This document shows, piece after piece, positions 49,701-63,279 of a DNA stretch of 64,000 bases. Position numbers and translations under genes: made by a program. The notes under the pieces are model-generated. The model worked only from the letters and a program-made list of their open reading frames with translations, made no database searches and was not told the DNA's origin. The DNA lies in contig JBNZDD010013683.1 of NCBI GenBank assembly GCA_050575255.1, positions 2,907,928-2,971,927 of the forward strand, written 5' to 3'. Within the stretch, counting starts at the first letter, position 1. Each line of letters begins with the position of its first letter. The DNA comes from Harriotta raleighana. Lineage: Eukaryota.

Positions 49701-51338
49701 CTAGTTACCTTAGACCATATATATTAAATGGAGATCCTAGAAGAGTTATTTGAAGGAGCGTTTCTCACCTTGTGGATAATTAAAGCAAACCTACATTACA
49801 TGTACAATTAAATATAGTGTTGCCGGCAGAATAGCAATGCATTCGAATACTTACTCTGCTTTGATTCAGAAAAACATGCTTGATATTGTGTCACTTGTGC
49901 ATTCTTTTGTTTTAAATTGTTAATACTCATGTCTGGGAATTTAAACACAGAGTAAAAATAAATATTTTTTAACACTTAATATTCACAGAAACCCAGGTTG
50001 ACTTTTATTAGCACACTGTTTAAACACATAATGAAACTTTGCACTGACAGTAAATGGTAATGCTCAGAGGAATGGGACAAATGGGAAGAATGGAATTAGG
50101 ATATGCGAGTGTGAAATCTACAAATCTGTATTGCACACTGATGTAAGAACTTGAAAAATTACAATTCTTTTTAGAAAAATACACATGTATTTAATAAGTT
50201 AGCTGTGAAGGGATATGTATATATTATAAAGGATTAAGGTTTTAAACATAAGTGCATGTGCTATTGATGACAGAATTGAGAGCGAAATAATGTCACAGAT
50301 TGCGTATTTTAGAACTGATTACTTGCTGTTAACATTATTTTAAAAAAATAAATTTTAGAACAGCACACAATATTAGAATTATTTCTATGAAGGAGTTATA
50401 AATACATAGCTCATAATGTTATGGGATTTTCATTTTGTTGATAACCTAGCTTCTTGTCAGTACAACTATGCAACCAGTTTTGACTGAAAGGCTTTTGTTA
50501 AACTTAATCTGCCTCCGCAATGTATCGGTGTTGTATATATTAAAACTATATGCATATCACCATTGTACAATTTGCAAAAGTTGCATACATTACAATAATG
50601 TTTTAGTTCAATTGCTACAGCATGATAATTTTGTGCAATATGATTAGCTCAAATCCTTTTTTTGGTTGCTTTCAAACTGTTGAATAAGATTATTTTTGTC
50701 AAGAAATTTATCCTGCAATCTTTGGTACTCCAGAACTGGTCACCAATAATGCATAGGATAGCCTGACTTACAACCCTAGAATTCATGCAACATAATTCTT
50801 TTAAAATGTTGCCATTGAGTCCAAAAGACATTCATATTTGGACAACAATCAACATATGTATGAACACCACAACCAACTCGAAACACATCTAAGACTACAG
50901 GAAAAACTGGCGACATTCTTATAATGGTATAAAAATAATGGAACCGAAATATCTATTCTTACGTAGCTTGACAATATCAAGAGCTGAAGCTCACCATTCC
51001 AAGCAGTTTATATATATATATATATCTACACAGATTTAGGCATGTTTATATAATTACATACATGTATTTATCTTGATGTTTCAGGCACGGAATGCATGCA
51101 TAAATGCAACAAACTTGGGAGTTAGTTCATCCACTATGGTTCTGATGAAATGGGATTTCTTTGTTTACATTGCCTATTCAGGAAAAATGTCCTTCTGAAA
51201 CCATCAATTTCCCACACTAATCATGCAACTTCTGTGTTGTGCAGATTCCTCCTTTTGTCTTTTCCATGATGATTAATTCGATGGTGTTTCATCTGTTATA
51301 TTGATAACAAGTGTTGTGTTTTGACAGTCCGAGTTGAT
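46760..51338 (-). other. Long 3' UTR of an unidentified gene
   Basis: About 4.6 kb of AT-rich sequence with none of the SINE copies that occur every 1-3 kb elsewhere. Bounded by a strong acceptor at 51370 and by poly(A) signals. Confidence 0.55.
46776..46799 (-). promoter_or_regulatory. Tandem AATAAA polyadenylation signals of the upstream gene
   Basis: TTTATT at 46776-46781 and 46794-46799, followed on the minus strand by GT-rich sequence (GTGTCAGAAATGTGTG). Confidence 0.45.
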
Positions 51339-51369
51339 TTATATCACTGGTTTGAGGTTTCTGAAATTC
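51339..51369 (-). CDS. Coding part of the terminal exon of an unidentified gene: (R)NFRNLKPVI*
   Basis: Acceptor ending ttcccctag|G after a pyrimidine tract. Phase 2 joins the only open frame of the 59125-59169 exon; the frame is inferred. Confidence 0.45.
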
Positions 51370-52249
51370 CTAGGGGAAAAATAAATACAATATCTTCAGT
51401 AATACATAAGAACCGTAGGTTGCTTTTTTTCCATTGTGTTTGTTGAATTTGCATTGTAAGCTGGCACGGGCTTCAAATGTCTTAACTCTGTCTTGTTTAA
51501 CTTGCATGTCCTTACATTTTATTGATCCTCCATCATTTAGATTTTGTCAATCAAAGTCAAACTAGCAAGCCATAACTTTAATTCACTTATGCCAATGCTT
51601 TACTCAAGCATCCTCATACATTTCAAATCAAGTTATCATTCCTTTAACTTTACAACAATCTGTCTGCACTACATTACAAAAATGCATAGCAGATAATGTC
51701 ATACAAGGCCATCCAGCCTTTAAATTATTAGAGCAAATCAATGTAGTAGGGAAAACATCTAACTATAGCGAGAAGTAATGAACAGCAGAAGGGAATTTGG
51801 CAAGTATTTTATAACCACTTCTATAAAATAAACATAGAAAAAGTTTTTTCCATTTATAAAAAGGAGTGGTTTAAGAAGCCAGGATTTGCAAGCCAAGACT
51901 TATTGTCCAATTATAGACTGCGAGTATACAAAGTAGATTTTAAAACATTATTTTGAAACTGTAGGTAGTTATCATGGTGCATTTTCCAAGGTAGGTACAC
52001 TTCAGATTAATTGACATTTTTGAACATAATGCAATGTGGATAAACAAATTGCACAGTTGTGACTGGTGCACTATACTGTAACATTATATTCAATGCAATG
52101 GAGAATAAAGGAAATTGGAACTTTACAAAATACTCAGGCTTGCTTTTACAGCATTATTAAAATATATACTGAAAAATTGACATTAACAATGTGTAGGGAA
52201 TCATTTTTGCTGATATGTACACATTACTAACTGTAGAGCAGTCAAACAC

Positions 52250-52610
52250 ATAATGATAATAATTCTTGCTTTTTTTAATGTCTTCCAGACATCCCAAAGC
52301 TCTTCACTCTATACTGTGAATNAATAATCCTTGCTTTTTTTAATGTCTTCCAGACATCCCAAAGCTCTTCACTCTATACTGTGAATTGACTGTATATATG
52401 CTGGTGAAATGCAACAGCCAATTGCGCACAGCAGTGTCCCACAAACAGTCGTGGATGAAATGACCAATTTCTTATCGTTTTTTTTGAGGGATTATTATCA
52501 AGCGTGTGGAGTAGGGAAACTTTCCCAGGGTTTCATCCTGCCTGGAATTGAACCCAGGTTACTGGTTTGTAAGGTAAGTGCTCTTACCATTGAACTATAG
52601 GACTCCATAT
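52250..52610 (-). mobile_element. Full-length SINE (tail duplicated across the N at 52322)
   Basis: Head TGGAGTCCTATAGTTCAATGGTAAGAGCAC on the reverse strand, plus core and tail. Confidence 0.85.
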
Positions 52611-53974
52611 AATCAACCTATAGTGGGAGAGATGTAAGTAACAAGAAAAGCAAATTTGATTGCAGTAACTCTGCTATGCTAACATTCACTGTGAATTTCT
52701 GTACATTCAGTATCTTACTCATACGTAATGATTATATAAAACATGGAATAGTGCTAACATGAAACAATAATCGATGTATAATGTGATGTACCTTCCTGGA
52801 ATGTCCTGTGAAAACTTCAAGGTTTATGCGATCATATTTCCCAATTTGATATGAAGAAAGCAACACACCTCAGCTGCATTGGGTGCGATGCTAGTGATTG
52901 GTAAATTAGAATATTTATATCCCCTCGTTTTATCCAAGTGGAGGTTGTACCAATATTCAACAACAACAACAAAATTACATTTATAGTGAGCTTTTCACAT
53001 CAGTCAAACTTGTGTTAATTTGCTCTCATGGTTTGTATTTTGACATGCGAGCATCAAATATCAAACTACTGTATATGCAGGTGGCATTAATCAACAAGTG
53101 TTGCTGTGTTAAAATTGAACTCAAGTACTTTATTAATATTGCCACTCACTGATTAAACATTATTGACCCAATTTATTGTTCCTAAAATATAAAACAAAAA
53201 GAGTAAAAATATATGGGGAGGGGAGAAAAACTTTGGATTCTGAGTCATTTACAATGGACTTGGACATACTGTGTTTACAATGGGAAAGAGCTTTTCTGCA
53301 ACATTATTTCTATTGCTGAGAAGTGAGATAATTGCAAAACATCACTGTAATTTTAATATTTTTTATAATATCTTTCTAACCTTTCGTTTTCAGATATCTC
53401 CAGGAAGCCAGGCCTTTTGGCTATCCCAACATATAGGAGAGAAACTGTTCGACTGAAACTGTGCTCCTTCAATGAGAAGCTCCAAAAATTTCCATGCAGA
53501 TTGGCATCTTTTTCATGCCTACAAGCCATCTGTGGCTTTTGTCTGCAAAACCATCTGTGCAGAGGATGCAGGTGGTAATGAAATTCTTCCGGCTCAGACC
53601 ATTTTCAAACAGCACCCAGAATAATTAAGATGCAGATCTGCATCAGAAGTTAAGAAATTTGGAGGGGTTTCTTTACTGAAAATTAAGGAACAGTTGGATT
53701 GTTTCTTTTCCCCAAGAGTGTTTGATGCCAGGACAACAACACTATTCGTTTAAGAAATAGATTGATAGTTTCTGAATTGTTTTTCACTACAAATTTGGTA
53801 GAGAGTAATCATTTTTGTTAAATGAAACTTCTTGTAAAATAGGAATTATATACTGTACAAGAACAGGAATCTATAACCATTAAGGAAAAGAGCTAATCTT
53901 ATATGCAAAGATACATAGATTAATTATGTAATTTACCCATGCAAAGAGTGGCATTATTTTTCATGGGTTAATAT

Positions 53975-54280
53975 TAATATTCCTTGCATTTGATATGGCG
54001 CTTCTCACTTGTTCTAGATGTTTCAAAGCGCTTCACAGTATACATTGTAAAGTGAATTGATTGTATATTTGTGGGAGAAATGCGGCAGTCAATTTCGCAC
54101 AGCAGTGTCTCGGAAAAAGTCGTGGATTGAAATTACCAATTTATTATTGTTTTTTTTGAGGGATTATTATTAATTGTGTGGAGTAAAGAAATTTGCCCAA
54201 TGTTTCGCTCTGCTTGGAATTAAACCTAGGTTTCTCACTTTTAAGGCGAATGCTCTAACTACTGAGCTACAGGACTCCAT
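53975..54280 (-). mobile_element. Full-length SINE
   Basis: Head ATGGAGTCCTGTAGCTCAGTAGTTAGAGCATTCGCC on the reverse strand, plus core and tail. Confidence 0.9.
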
Positions 54281-56284
54281 TTGTACCTCTGTACCTGTTT
54301 GCAAATAAGATCTCACGAGCCAAACAAGGAAGGAAATTTAAAACTAAATCTAATTGTTGAATTCCTTTCCAGTATTGTTCTCACTAGAGGATAGTGTGTC
54401 AGACCCTTTTCAAAAATTGGAATCACATTTGTTAACTTCTATTTCTTTAACAGGCCTGTGTTCAATGAATTATGCTAAATTTCTGCTGCTGTACTCCCAC
54501 ATTATATCAGATTTAAGTTATTAGCAGGCACTATAATTTCATAAATGATTATTGCTGTGGTGTGTTAAGTCTGGCATAAAGTTTGAATTGTCCTCTCTCT
54601 AATCAGTGTGTTTGTTGAACGCCTTACTGCCTGACACCCAAACTTTATTGTGGTTATGCAGCTGCAAATTCATTTGGAGGAAAAATATTAAGTCATTACG
54701 TTGCAAAGAACAGCATACCCTGATTCAGGATTAACCGAATGCACTGAAATACATATAAAAATGTTAATTAAAACGTGTATTATTATTTATTATTTTTATA
54801 ATGGGTTACGGGGTCTCAAGTAACTAATACACAACCCATGTAATGGTCCAATGAATTCTCCCATGATTCAGTAGAAAATTATATCACTGCACTGTCACAG
54901 AGGTGGAACAATTGTACATCTAAAGCAGAAGTCATCGAATATTAATTATAGACCCCACACTTTCAATGGAAGATAATTATGTAATGGTGCATAAATACTT
55001 TGGTATATTATTATATAAAGACATTATCAGCAGAGGTTAATCGGAAATTACAGTATACGTGCCCTGGAAAAAAATATTTTTAGTTCTGCAACATCTTGAC
55101 CCTGACAGCGACTTTTCAATTTGATGCAACAATGCATATGGTGAAGGAAACCTATTTTCCAAGACGTCAGAAATAAAATTGGAACGCTAGTTGTTCTATC
55201 AAGCAAACCCTTAGCTGGAGGCTGAGCTAATCCTGTACAGAAGTCCAGGTTGGCTGTCTCCTAGCAAGGGTCACCAAGAAGACATTCGAACTGCCCGAAA
55301 TGAAGCTCCAAATATATTCTAAATGAATTCTGGTCTCCAGCAAGCACTTACATTACTAATTATAGTGATCATGTTTAAATTACAGCAGGGAGTATTAATA
55401 GGTCAAATTTAAAAGCATGAATTCCTATTTTAATATGGTTGAAGGAAAGAACAAACCATGAGTTTCCAAGGCCTATAAAAATCTATAGAAATTCCTAGCT
55501 AATTCTTTTTATGATTGTGAGCGCTAAATATATAACAAATGATAAATAGGACATTTTTTATTGTAAAAAGCTAAAACTAGTAAAAAGGTGAGTGAAATAT
55601 AATGCTAAATTTACAAATTTCACCCCGCATATTACTGCGTGATGCTATCGTCTATGTAAATATGTCAGCAACTCCTCACACCCCTCCCCAGCCATACACA
55701 ACAACAAATTACATTTGTATGCCGCCTTTGAGAAGACATAAGCTTAAATGATATCACTACTTTTCATTAAAACCACAAAATCTGTCTGATAAATAGTTTA
55801 AGCACTCCAAAACACTACAACGCATGATGGGCATTGGTGTTAAATTCAAGTTATTGCTTAATAAATAGGTTAATGGAGCACTAAAATATGAAATCTACCA
55901 TATTCCCTGAAACAACTTTGTTTTGAAAGATATAAATGACTGTTCCAGCTAAGGCAGGGTGATCTTGTAGAGTTGAATACCAAAAAACTAGGAACAACAG
56001 AACAGGAAAATATTAAAACATACAAGCCATCGGGTCAATTATTGAATAGAACTATTAAGCAATGGTTCTCCGACAGATGACAGGAAGGCCCATTCTTACT
56101 ATAGTATAGGATCACAACTTCTGCTAGTTGATTGATCCTTTGTAGCTTTCTCAAATAGTAGACGCACAACACGAGCTCCAATATGTGTGCTCTTCCCCGT
56201 TGCTCAGGTTTATCAGTTAATTAGATCACTTTATGAGGACATTGGAATAACCCTGTACGTTTTCAATCCAATTTGCGATGACAA

Positions 56285-56410
56285 TTATTATAATAATCCT
56301 TGCATTTAAATATATTGCACCTTTTCATGTTTTCTAAACGTCTCAAAACGCTTCACAGAGTCTACCATAAAGTGAATTGACTGTATATTTGTGGGCGAAA
56401 TTGGCGGAAA
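56285..56410 (-). mobile_element. SINE 3' fragment
   Basis: TAATCCTTGCATTT..GTCTCAAAACGCTTCACAGA..GTGAATTGACTGTATATTTGTGGG. Similar fragments at 39895-40015 (+) and 60935-61045 (-). Confidence 0.8.
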
Positions 56411-57282
56411 CTGTGAACAACTACTTATTTCTAACTACTGTATCAGCTACCCAGAATGAGAAAAGGTCTCCTTGTACCAAGGTTAATTAAAGGTTAATTT
56501 GAGGTTAATTAAAATCACCATGTTTGTTTGTCAGTAATTGAAATGACAATTGAAAGTACAAGCTGATCAAGATAACTAAAAACATTGTGTACTGTAATGA
56601 ATAATAGAGAAAATGTCCTTTGAATGAAAGATACATTTCATTCCTGGAGCACACTGAACTGTGAGTTATTTTGGACAGTGCCACCCTGAGGTCATTCCAT
56701 TCTGGTCTTTTGAGCTGTCAGCACTAAAAATCCCTGTCACACACGTAATAAAGGCTTGGATTGCACAAACTGACAACTTGGAATACCCTGACTTAAATTA
56801 AAGCCACAAATATGAAAATCACTGTGTGGAATTTCAACCCTAGATGACTGGTACTAGGTTCAGTTGAAACAACAAAACACTACCTTGTCACTTCCCTCCC
56901 CAATCCCGACCCCAGCTCGGGTCTGAAACATTGTCCAGCGCCTTGGGATGTCCTCCAGATGTGAAAAGCACTTTTTAAATATAATTTTGGTGTTCTTGTT
57001 GTCTTACTTTTTTGGCGACCAACTCTAACCTAAAGCTCTTTGTACAGTATTATAATACAAGTAATCCATCACCACTATTACAAGCATATTAAACACATAC
57101 AATACTTTCAACTTTGTGTTAGGTTAAGGTTAGAGACTAAGGCATGAACTAAGGAAGGCCAGAACAATGAGAATAAATAAAAATGCATACTGTATCAGAA
57201 CTAATTGATTCTATAGAGATGATTTGCACACCGGCAGAATTATCTATAAAACTAAAATTAAACTTATTTAAAAATTTAATTA

Positions 57283-57809
57283 CAAGGCATCCTCTTATTA
57301 TAATATAGCCCTCTGTAGTTTAAAAATAACTCATATACTTTTCATATACGTGTATTGGTTCTTCTATTAGATGATTATGCGGATTTTATGAATGTTTTGA
57401 TGCATATTACTCTCTAATAATAATCCTTGCATTTGGTAATGGTACTTTTCAGGTCTTCTAGATGTCTCAAAGCACTTCAGTGCTACTGTAGAGTCAATTG
57501 ATTGTATATTTGTGGGCAAAACGTGGCAGCCAATTGCACACAGCAGTGTCCCACAAACAGTAATAGATTGAGTGATCAAATTAGTATAGATTTTTTTCTG
57601 GAGGGATTATTATCAGGCATGTAGTGTAAGGAAACTTGCCCAAGGTTTCGCTCTGCCAGGAATCAAACCCAGGTCTCTCGCTTGCAAGGCGAGTGCTCTA
57701 ACCACTGAGCTGCAGGATTTATATGCTAATATGAGCTGTTAATGTTAGTTTGTACACCACTGTAATTGCTTTGCTCCAGAGGGCTATATTGTAATAAGAG
57801 GATGCCTTA
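57283..57809. mobile_element. Tc1/mariner-superfamily MITE with a nested SINE
   Basis: TA|CAAGGCATCCTCTTATTATAATATAGCCCTCTG ... CAGAGGGCTATATTGTAATAAGAGGATGCCTTA|TA (33-bp TIRs, TA target site). Confidence 0.75.
57416..57718 (-). mobile_element. Full-length SINE inserted in the MITE
   Basis: Head TCCTGCAGCTCAGTGGTTAGAGCACTCGCCTTGCAAGCGAGAGACCTGGG on the reverse strand. Confidence 0.9.
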
Positions 57810-59124
57810 TAATAAAATCTTACATATTTTAATTATAGTGTTTTGCTTTATACATTTTTGCCTTTTGAATAACTCTAAAGAAAATTAGACAGAAATGAGC
57901 TTGTTTGCAATCACAAAACAAGAGATTCTCGTGAAGTAGAGTGCTTTTGAAGATACATGATGCCTGAACAACTGTAGAGATAACAAACTGTGCTCAATTT
58001 CTTTGTGAAACATCTTAGCTTTTAGAATTTGACATAATCAACAGTGTATGAGATGACTGTAAGATAACAAGTGTCCTGGAGTTTCAAAGAATAAAAAGTG
58101 GTTTCTGAACTGAAATGTGTTCTGGCTTTGACTACTTTTTCTTGATAAAGCATTCTAGCTGTTGATTAGCCTCTGTGTAAAGAATACTTCAAGACTTCAA
58201 CGGAGGAGCAAATACTGTACCTATATTAATACCATAGTTTAAATGGCACTTTACATTCCTCAACCATCCAAAATTAACAAAAAAGAGATGAATTGCCATT
58301 TATCTCTTTGCTGTTTGAGGCCCAGGTTGGCCAAGAATGCCTAAATAAAACAGTTTCTAGATTTGAAAGTAATTTAATATGATAAGCATTTTGAGATGTT
58401 TAAGGTGATTAAAATGCTCACATATAATACATAGATTCTTAGCTGGTCAGAGGGAATGGTAAGGCCACTCTTGGAAAATGAATTTGAAATTTATTTTCAG
58501 ACCAGAGGAGAAAATGTTATGCAATGAGCAAGGATGTATTTGGGCTGTGGTTATGGACATGGCAGATTACTGAATATCTTAGCTGTCCACTCCTAGCCAT
58601 CTAAATTCTACTAATAATAAAATTAATCCTTGCATTTGAAATTGTAATTTTCAGTGCTTTGGGACATCCTCCTGATATGAAAGGCGCTCTATAAATGTAA
58701 TTTTGTTGTTACCATGTCATTGTGACATCTCAAAGCTAAATACAGTAAAAACTTGGTTATCCAGCAGCCAATCAACCAATTTTTTGGTTGTTGGAGGGAT
58801 TATTATCCAATCAATCCCGTAATCGATAAACAACTGGTTTCCTACTTACTGCTAGGTAAACAAGCAGCAATGCTGATCCTTTCTTCTTGCCTCATAGGCT
58901 ATATGTGCTTCAAAAAAAATATTAATCTTGTAATGCATTTTTAAAAAATATGATTAATATAATCAACTTTATGACTGGCAATGCCATTACAAAGCTGTTG
59001 AAACTATCAAGAATCATTTGTTATTTGAGAGCTTGCTAAACTTTACTTGAAAATTGCCAAATGCCTTTCCAGACCCAATTTCAGTCCCAAGCTACACTAA
59101 AGTTATGGCGGTGATATTTCTTAC

Positions 59125-59169
59125 CTTGCATCAGTTTCTGGATAAAATATCTCTATTGCTGCAACATAC
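59125..59169 (-). CDS. 45-nt internal exon of the unidentified gene: YVAAIEIFYPETDA
   Basis: Acceptor tttaatttgttag|G and consensus donor AAG|GTAAGA. Open only in phase 2; the other two frames contain stops and could alternatively hold the true stop codon. Confidence 0.5.
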
Positions 59170-62100
59170 CTAACAAATTAAATAGGGTGTCCATAACTTT
59201 ATTTATTGCAACACCTCGTATTGATTGAAATTAGATTAATATCTCTCTGGATATTTGCTTGCCTTTAAGCAGACTGCAACACTGAGTTGATTGATCTTTT
59301 CATTACTTTTCAGGCAGTGTAGGGAATGTGTGCTCCAAATAAAATATTAACAGCTTTAGGAAAAACTGTCTTTGTTTGTATATTATATTAGTTCATGGTC
59401 TGGAAACAGAATAAAACTATTTGACATCCATTTAATGAGCTTGAATATCAAACTAAAATGTAATACATTCAGTGCTCCAAGCTGCTATCTTGTGTGACGA
59501 GTGTTGTATAAATACAAATAGTTACTCTAATACATTTCTGAATACATAAGTGAAGAAAATTGACATTTATAGCTCCAAAGATGCACAACACCTTAATGCA
59601 GACTAATTTGTCTTATGAGTGAGATAACATTAGATGTATCCTGCAGCATACTCTTTGTATACATTTAGCTTTAAATTAAGTGTGACTAAGCTAAACTATC
59701 ACTTCACTTTAACTTAAGTGGAAATTAGACATTGAACCCAACAATGATTTTGCTTACAGATGATAATGATTTTGTGCAAATATAAATAATACTGTATAGA
59801 CAAATATAAATAATACTCAGAAATTGTAAGGATATATAAAGCCAATTCCTAGCACCAAAAATCATCAGTTATTGGTGAGAACTAACAAATATAATGTGAA
59901 CCCTGAATTTCTTAATAACAATCATTTGAACAATTGAAATTATTTTCCCAATGAATAAATACCAGAGCTGCAATAATGGATTCCTTCTGCCAATGAAAAC
60001 AATGGCTTTAAGCAAAAATGATTAATGATTCTCTATTATTAGGCTCCCATCTGCAATCATTACATTTAAATACAAGGGAAATATCATTAGATTAATTAAA
60101 ATCACTGTCCTTCTAAAAGGTATTCTGCATGTTGAATCAATGATCATTTAAAGAGCACAGATGAATTTAAAAAAAGTCAGCATGGAATTAAAAGCAAAAG
60201 GTTGTGCCTGGCCTCACAAATTTGCTGCAATGCTTTAAGGAGGAAACTAAATTGGCGGATGGGAATAAACCTATATACAGTAGATACTACATATACAGTA
60301 AATATACTATATATATTATATACTATATATATATGAATCATTTAGGAATTAAAAGCAATTAACTGGATTGAAATCTATCTCAGTATGTGATAGCATTAGT
60401 AAAAGCTCTGGCTCGGTGGTAATGATTTGTGAAGTTTCAGTGAACTATTCTGTGTTTCCTGCTGTTAATAATTTATAAGATAGATATTTTTCAAATATAT
60501 TCATTACGATTTGAGTTATTGATGCATTTAGGAGATTGATAGTTTTCAGGGGACCCAACTCAATTAAGTGTGTGGTGGCCACTGTAGATATAACACGGAT
60601 TTCAATACAAGCAATCCTTGATAGAATGAAGTGAAAAACACAATTTTCTGCGATTTTGTAAAGAAATAAAATAAGGTCCATCCTTAGATGATACTAACAT
60701 TTAGATTTACAGGCCTAAGTGAGGGAAAACCGAGACAGCGTTGAGGAAGTTGCCTAATTTTGAGGTCCTACAAAAGTGGGAGACAATGTGGGGCAATGTA
60801 TTTGAAGTAGGAGGAACAAAAGAGGGAACAAAGTTAAGTTCGGAGAAACATAGTATGCATTTAATTAAAAATTGTGCCACGTGGCTTCTTTGAAAAAAAA
60901 TTATCCTAACCTTTAGAGTTTAAGGCATTGTCAAAGATAATAATCCTTGCATTTGATATTAGCAATTTTCACATCTTCTCAATGTCGCAAAGAGCTTCAC
61001 AGAATATACTGTAAAGTGAATTGACCGTATATATGTGGCCGAAGATATTATTAAAAAGAAAACAGCTACTTTGTCTGGAACTATATTCTGTCATTCTACA
61101 AGTTAGTAATCTTCCATTGAAAACTTAAACATAGCATACTATGAGTTTTAGGTGTCCTCATCATATTTTCAAACCAACTGAAAACAGTTCAAGTTTAAAT
61201 AATTTACACCATACTAATCAAGGGTTTTGGTAAAAGTCTCTAATTAATGTAACTTCTAATCCAACTTGCAATCTAAATAAATGTTTAATATTCTGTTAAG
61301 AGATTAAATGGAATTGCACTAGTCATAAATAGTTTAAAGGCAACATGTGCATCCTTGTAATGTGAATCTAAAGTCTTCACACTAATCAAAATTAAGTGGA
61401 TCCAGTATTGCCTGGTCTTTGCTGAAATTGCATGGTTGTGCAATTTACATTCTTGTTATAAATGAAACTTCTTTTTGCATTTAAATTACAGCTGATTTGG
61501 ATCAAATTTACAAGTACTATAAATTTATAATAGAGTTGATGACAGATTGACAAGCATCTCTGAATGAGTTTCTTAGTTCCTTTTCAAGTCAAAATAAGAA
61601 TACATAGAATGTACTTTCCTTTTCAATGCTAATAATATTATCTTTTGGCTTGCTTAAATTGTTTTAAGAATAACCTGACAAAATACAGAAAATAAATACA
61701 AAGCAATTATGGTTCTCATTCATTTCAACCTCAAAAACAACTTGCACTTATATACCACCGAGTATCATCTCAGAGCGCTTAAAAAATGCTTTTAAAAAAA
61801 ATCACCTGAAAATGTTCAAAGAAAGAAAAAAGTTGGAATGGCTATTTTGTTTACATAGAAGTCCAAGCATCAGTCAGATCTAGGAAAGTTAGCCAGCTCA
61901 GTTTAGACATTTCGTATTACTATATTACTTGGCATCCATGGTGACTTCAGCAGAGGCAGCTTGACAAAGTTAAGCAGGGTTAATCAAAACTCAGCGTTTT
62001 CTCTATCTTAATTTTCCTAGAATTTTTAAGATTGGCAAACTCCGTCTCTTCTCTCAAGACTTCTTTCTTCTTTTATCCGCAGACTTTTAAAACCCCATTC

Positions 62101-62229
62101 TTGGTGTGATTTGCTTTCCTGATTAACTGTATTTTTTTCCTCCAATTCTTTTGAACTTTCCTAGTGAATTACTCTGTGGTCTTTACTCTTCACTCGGGTT
62201 TCCAGTTTTTGTGTTAAAAAAATGCAATG

Positions 62230-62500
62230 CCTGGCTTGGGCTGATTTTGTTGATCTTAGCTAGGGAGGGATTGTAGTCATTGCAACTGACCTCAGTGGCA
62301 CATGGCTTGGGAGGAAAAAAACAGTCATGATTCCAACACATGACTGCTATCCAGTAACTCCTACTGGAATGTGTACAGATATGAAGATTTGGTAAGATGA
62401 AGATTAAGGTCAGCTGGGATTCCTGTACAGCAGTTTGTCAACATTCAGTCTAGACTCACAAGTTAAAGAATGGCTACTCGTAGCAAAGTACTGGAGGGTT
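62230..62500 (+). mobile_element. LF-SINE-like ancient repeat fragment
   Basis: GACCTCAGTGGCACATGGCTTGGGAGG..GACTGCTATCCAGTAACTCCTACTGGAATGTG..AAGAATGGCTACT, homologous to 40545-40770. Confidence 0.55.
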
Positions 62501-62639
62501 ATCAAAGATTAGACATAGTCCAGCAGTGAGAAATAGATCTATTAACTACTAGCACTAGATCATTTCAATTCAGAATCAAGATATATTCTCTAATTTTCTT
62601 GATCTAGAGAACAGGGGCAACATGCATTTGAATTTATTG

Positions 62640-63030
62640 AGACTTCATGAAAAACTGCTGAATCTTCAAAACGTATGCAGCTATTTCCATGTTGCCACTG
62701 GTACTTTGGACACTGTACAATGACTGAGCAGAATCAGGGTATTCAAAACGGATTCTACTTGACCAAATTATACACCGCTCCCACTCGTGAAGGGGGCCAA
62801 TTGCTGTTCTGGCAGCATGAACGCCAACCCATTTACTTTGTTGATTTACCACGGAACTATGCCGTACAAAGCGATGAAGTGAATATTCTGGTAAAGGCAA
62901 AGGCAACTCAATAAAAAGGATTCCAACTTTATAAACAATTGACTCTGGTGCACAGATATATGGAATGCAAACAAATTGCACAAGAATCCTCAACTGAATA
63001 TGTAATTAAAGCACATTTTGCAGACAATTT
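62640..63030 (+). mobile_element. Possible decayed pogo/Tigger-type transposase fragment
   Basis: LHEKLLNLQ ... GSMNAN / PIYFVDLPRNYAV..ILVK resembles the pogo-family EKLLNFQ..IGNMDETPxxFDMPxNxTV..VLVK. Frameshifted. Confidence 0.35.
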
Positions 63031-63279
63031 GGCAACACAATTCCCATCACTTAGCTGGAGATGTGACACAGGAAGGAAATTTATATTAAAATATCCTACG
63101 TATTTGGGTCTTGTTCAATATCAACTGTTTTTTTCACTAAAATGGAATGAATTTATTCTTGTTATTCAATCGTAATTTGCACCTGCTCTAGTGCTCTTAC
63201 CAAAATTCTTCCATATCTTTAGGCATACTGAGATTAAAGGCTTTTTTAAAAAAGGCTCTATGTGATTAAGATGTTGATA

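Noticed and set aside
53555-53655. U12-like branch site (TTTCTTAAC) before an AG, and an in-frame TGA that might be selenocysteine
   Set aside because: No matching U12 donor at a plausible exon end, no SECIS or selenoprotein similarity seen, and all frames stop early.
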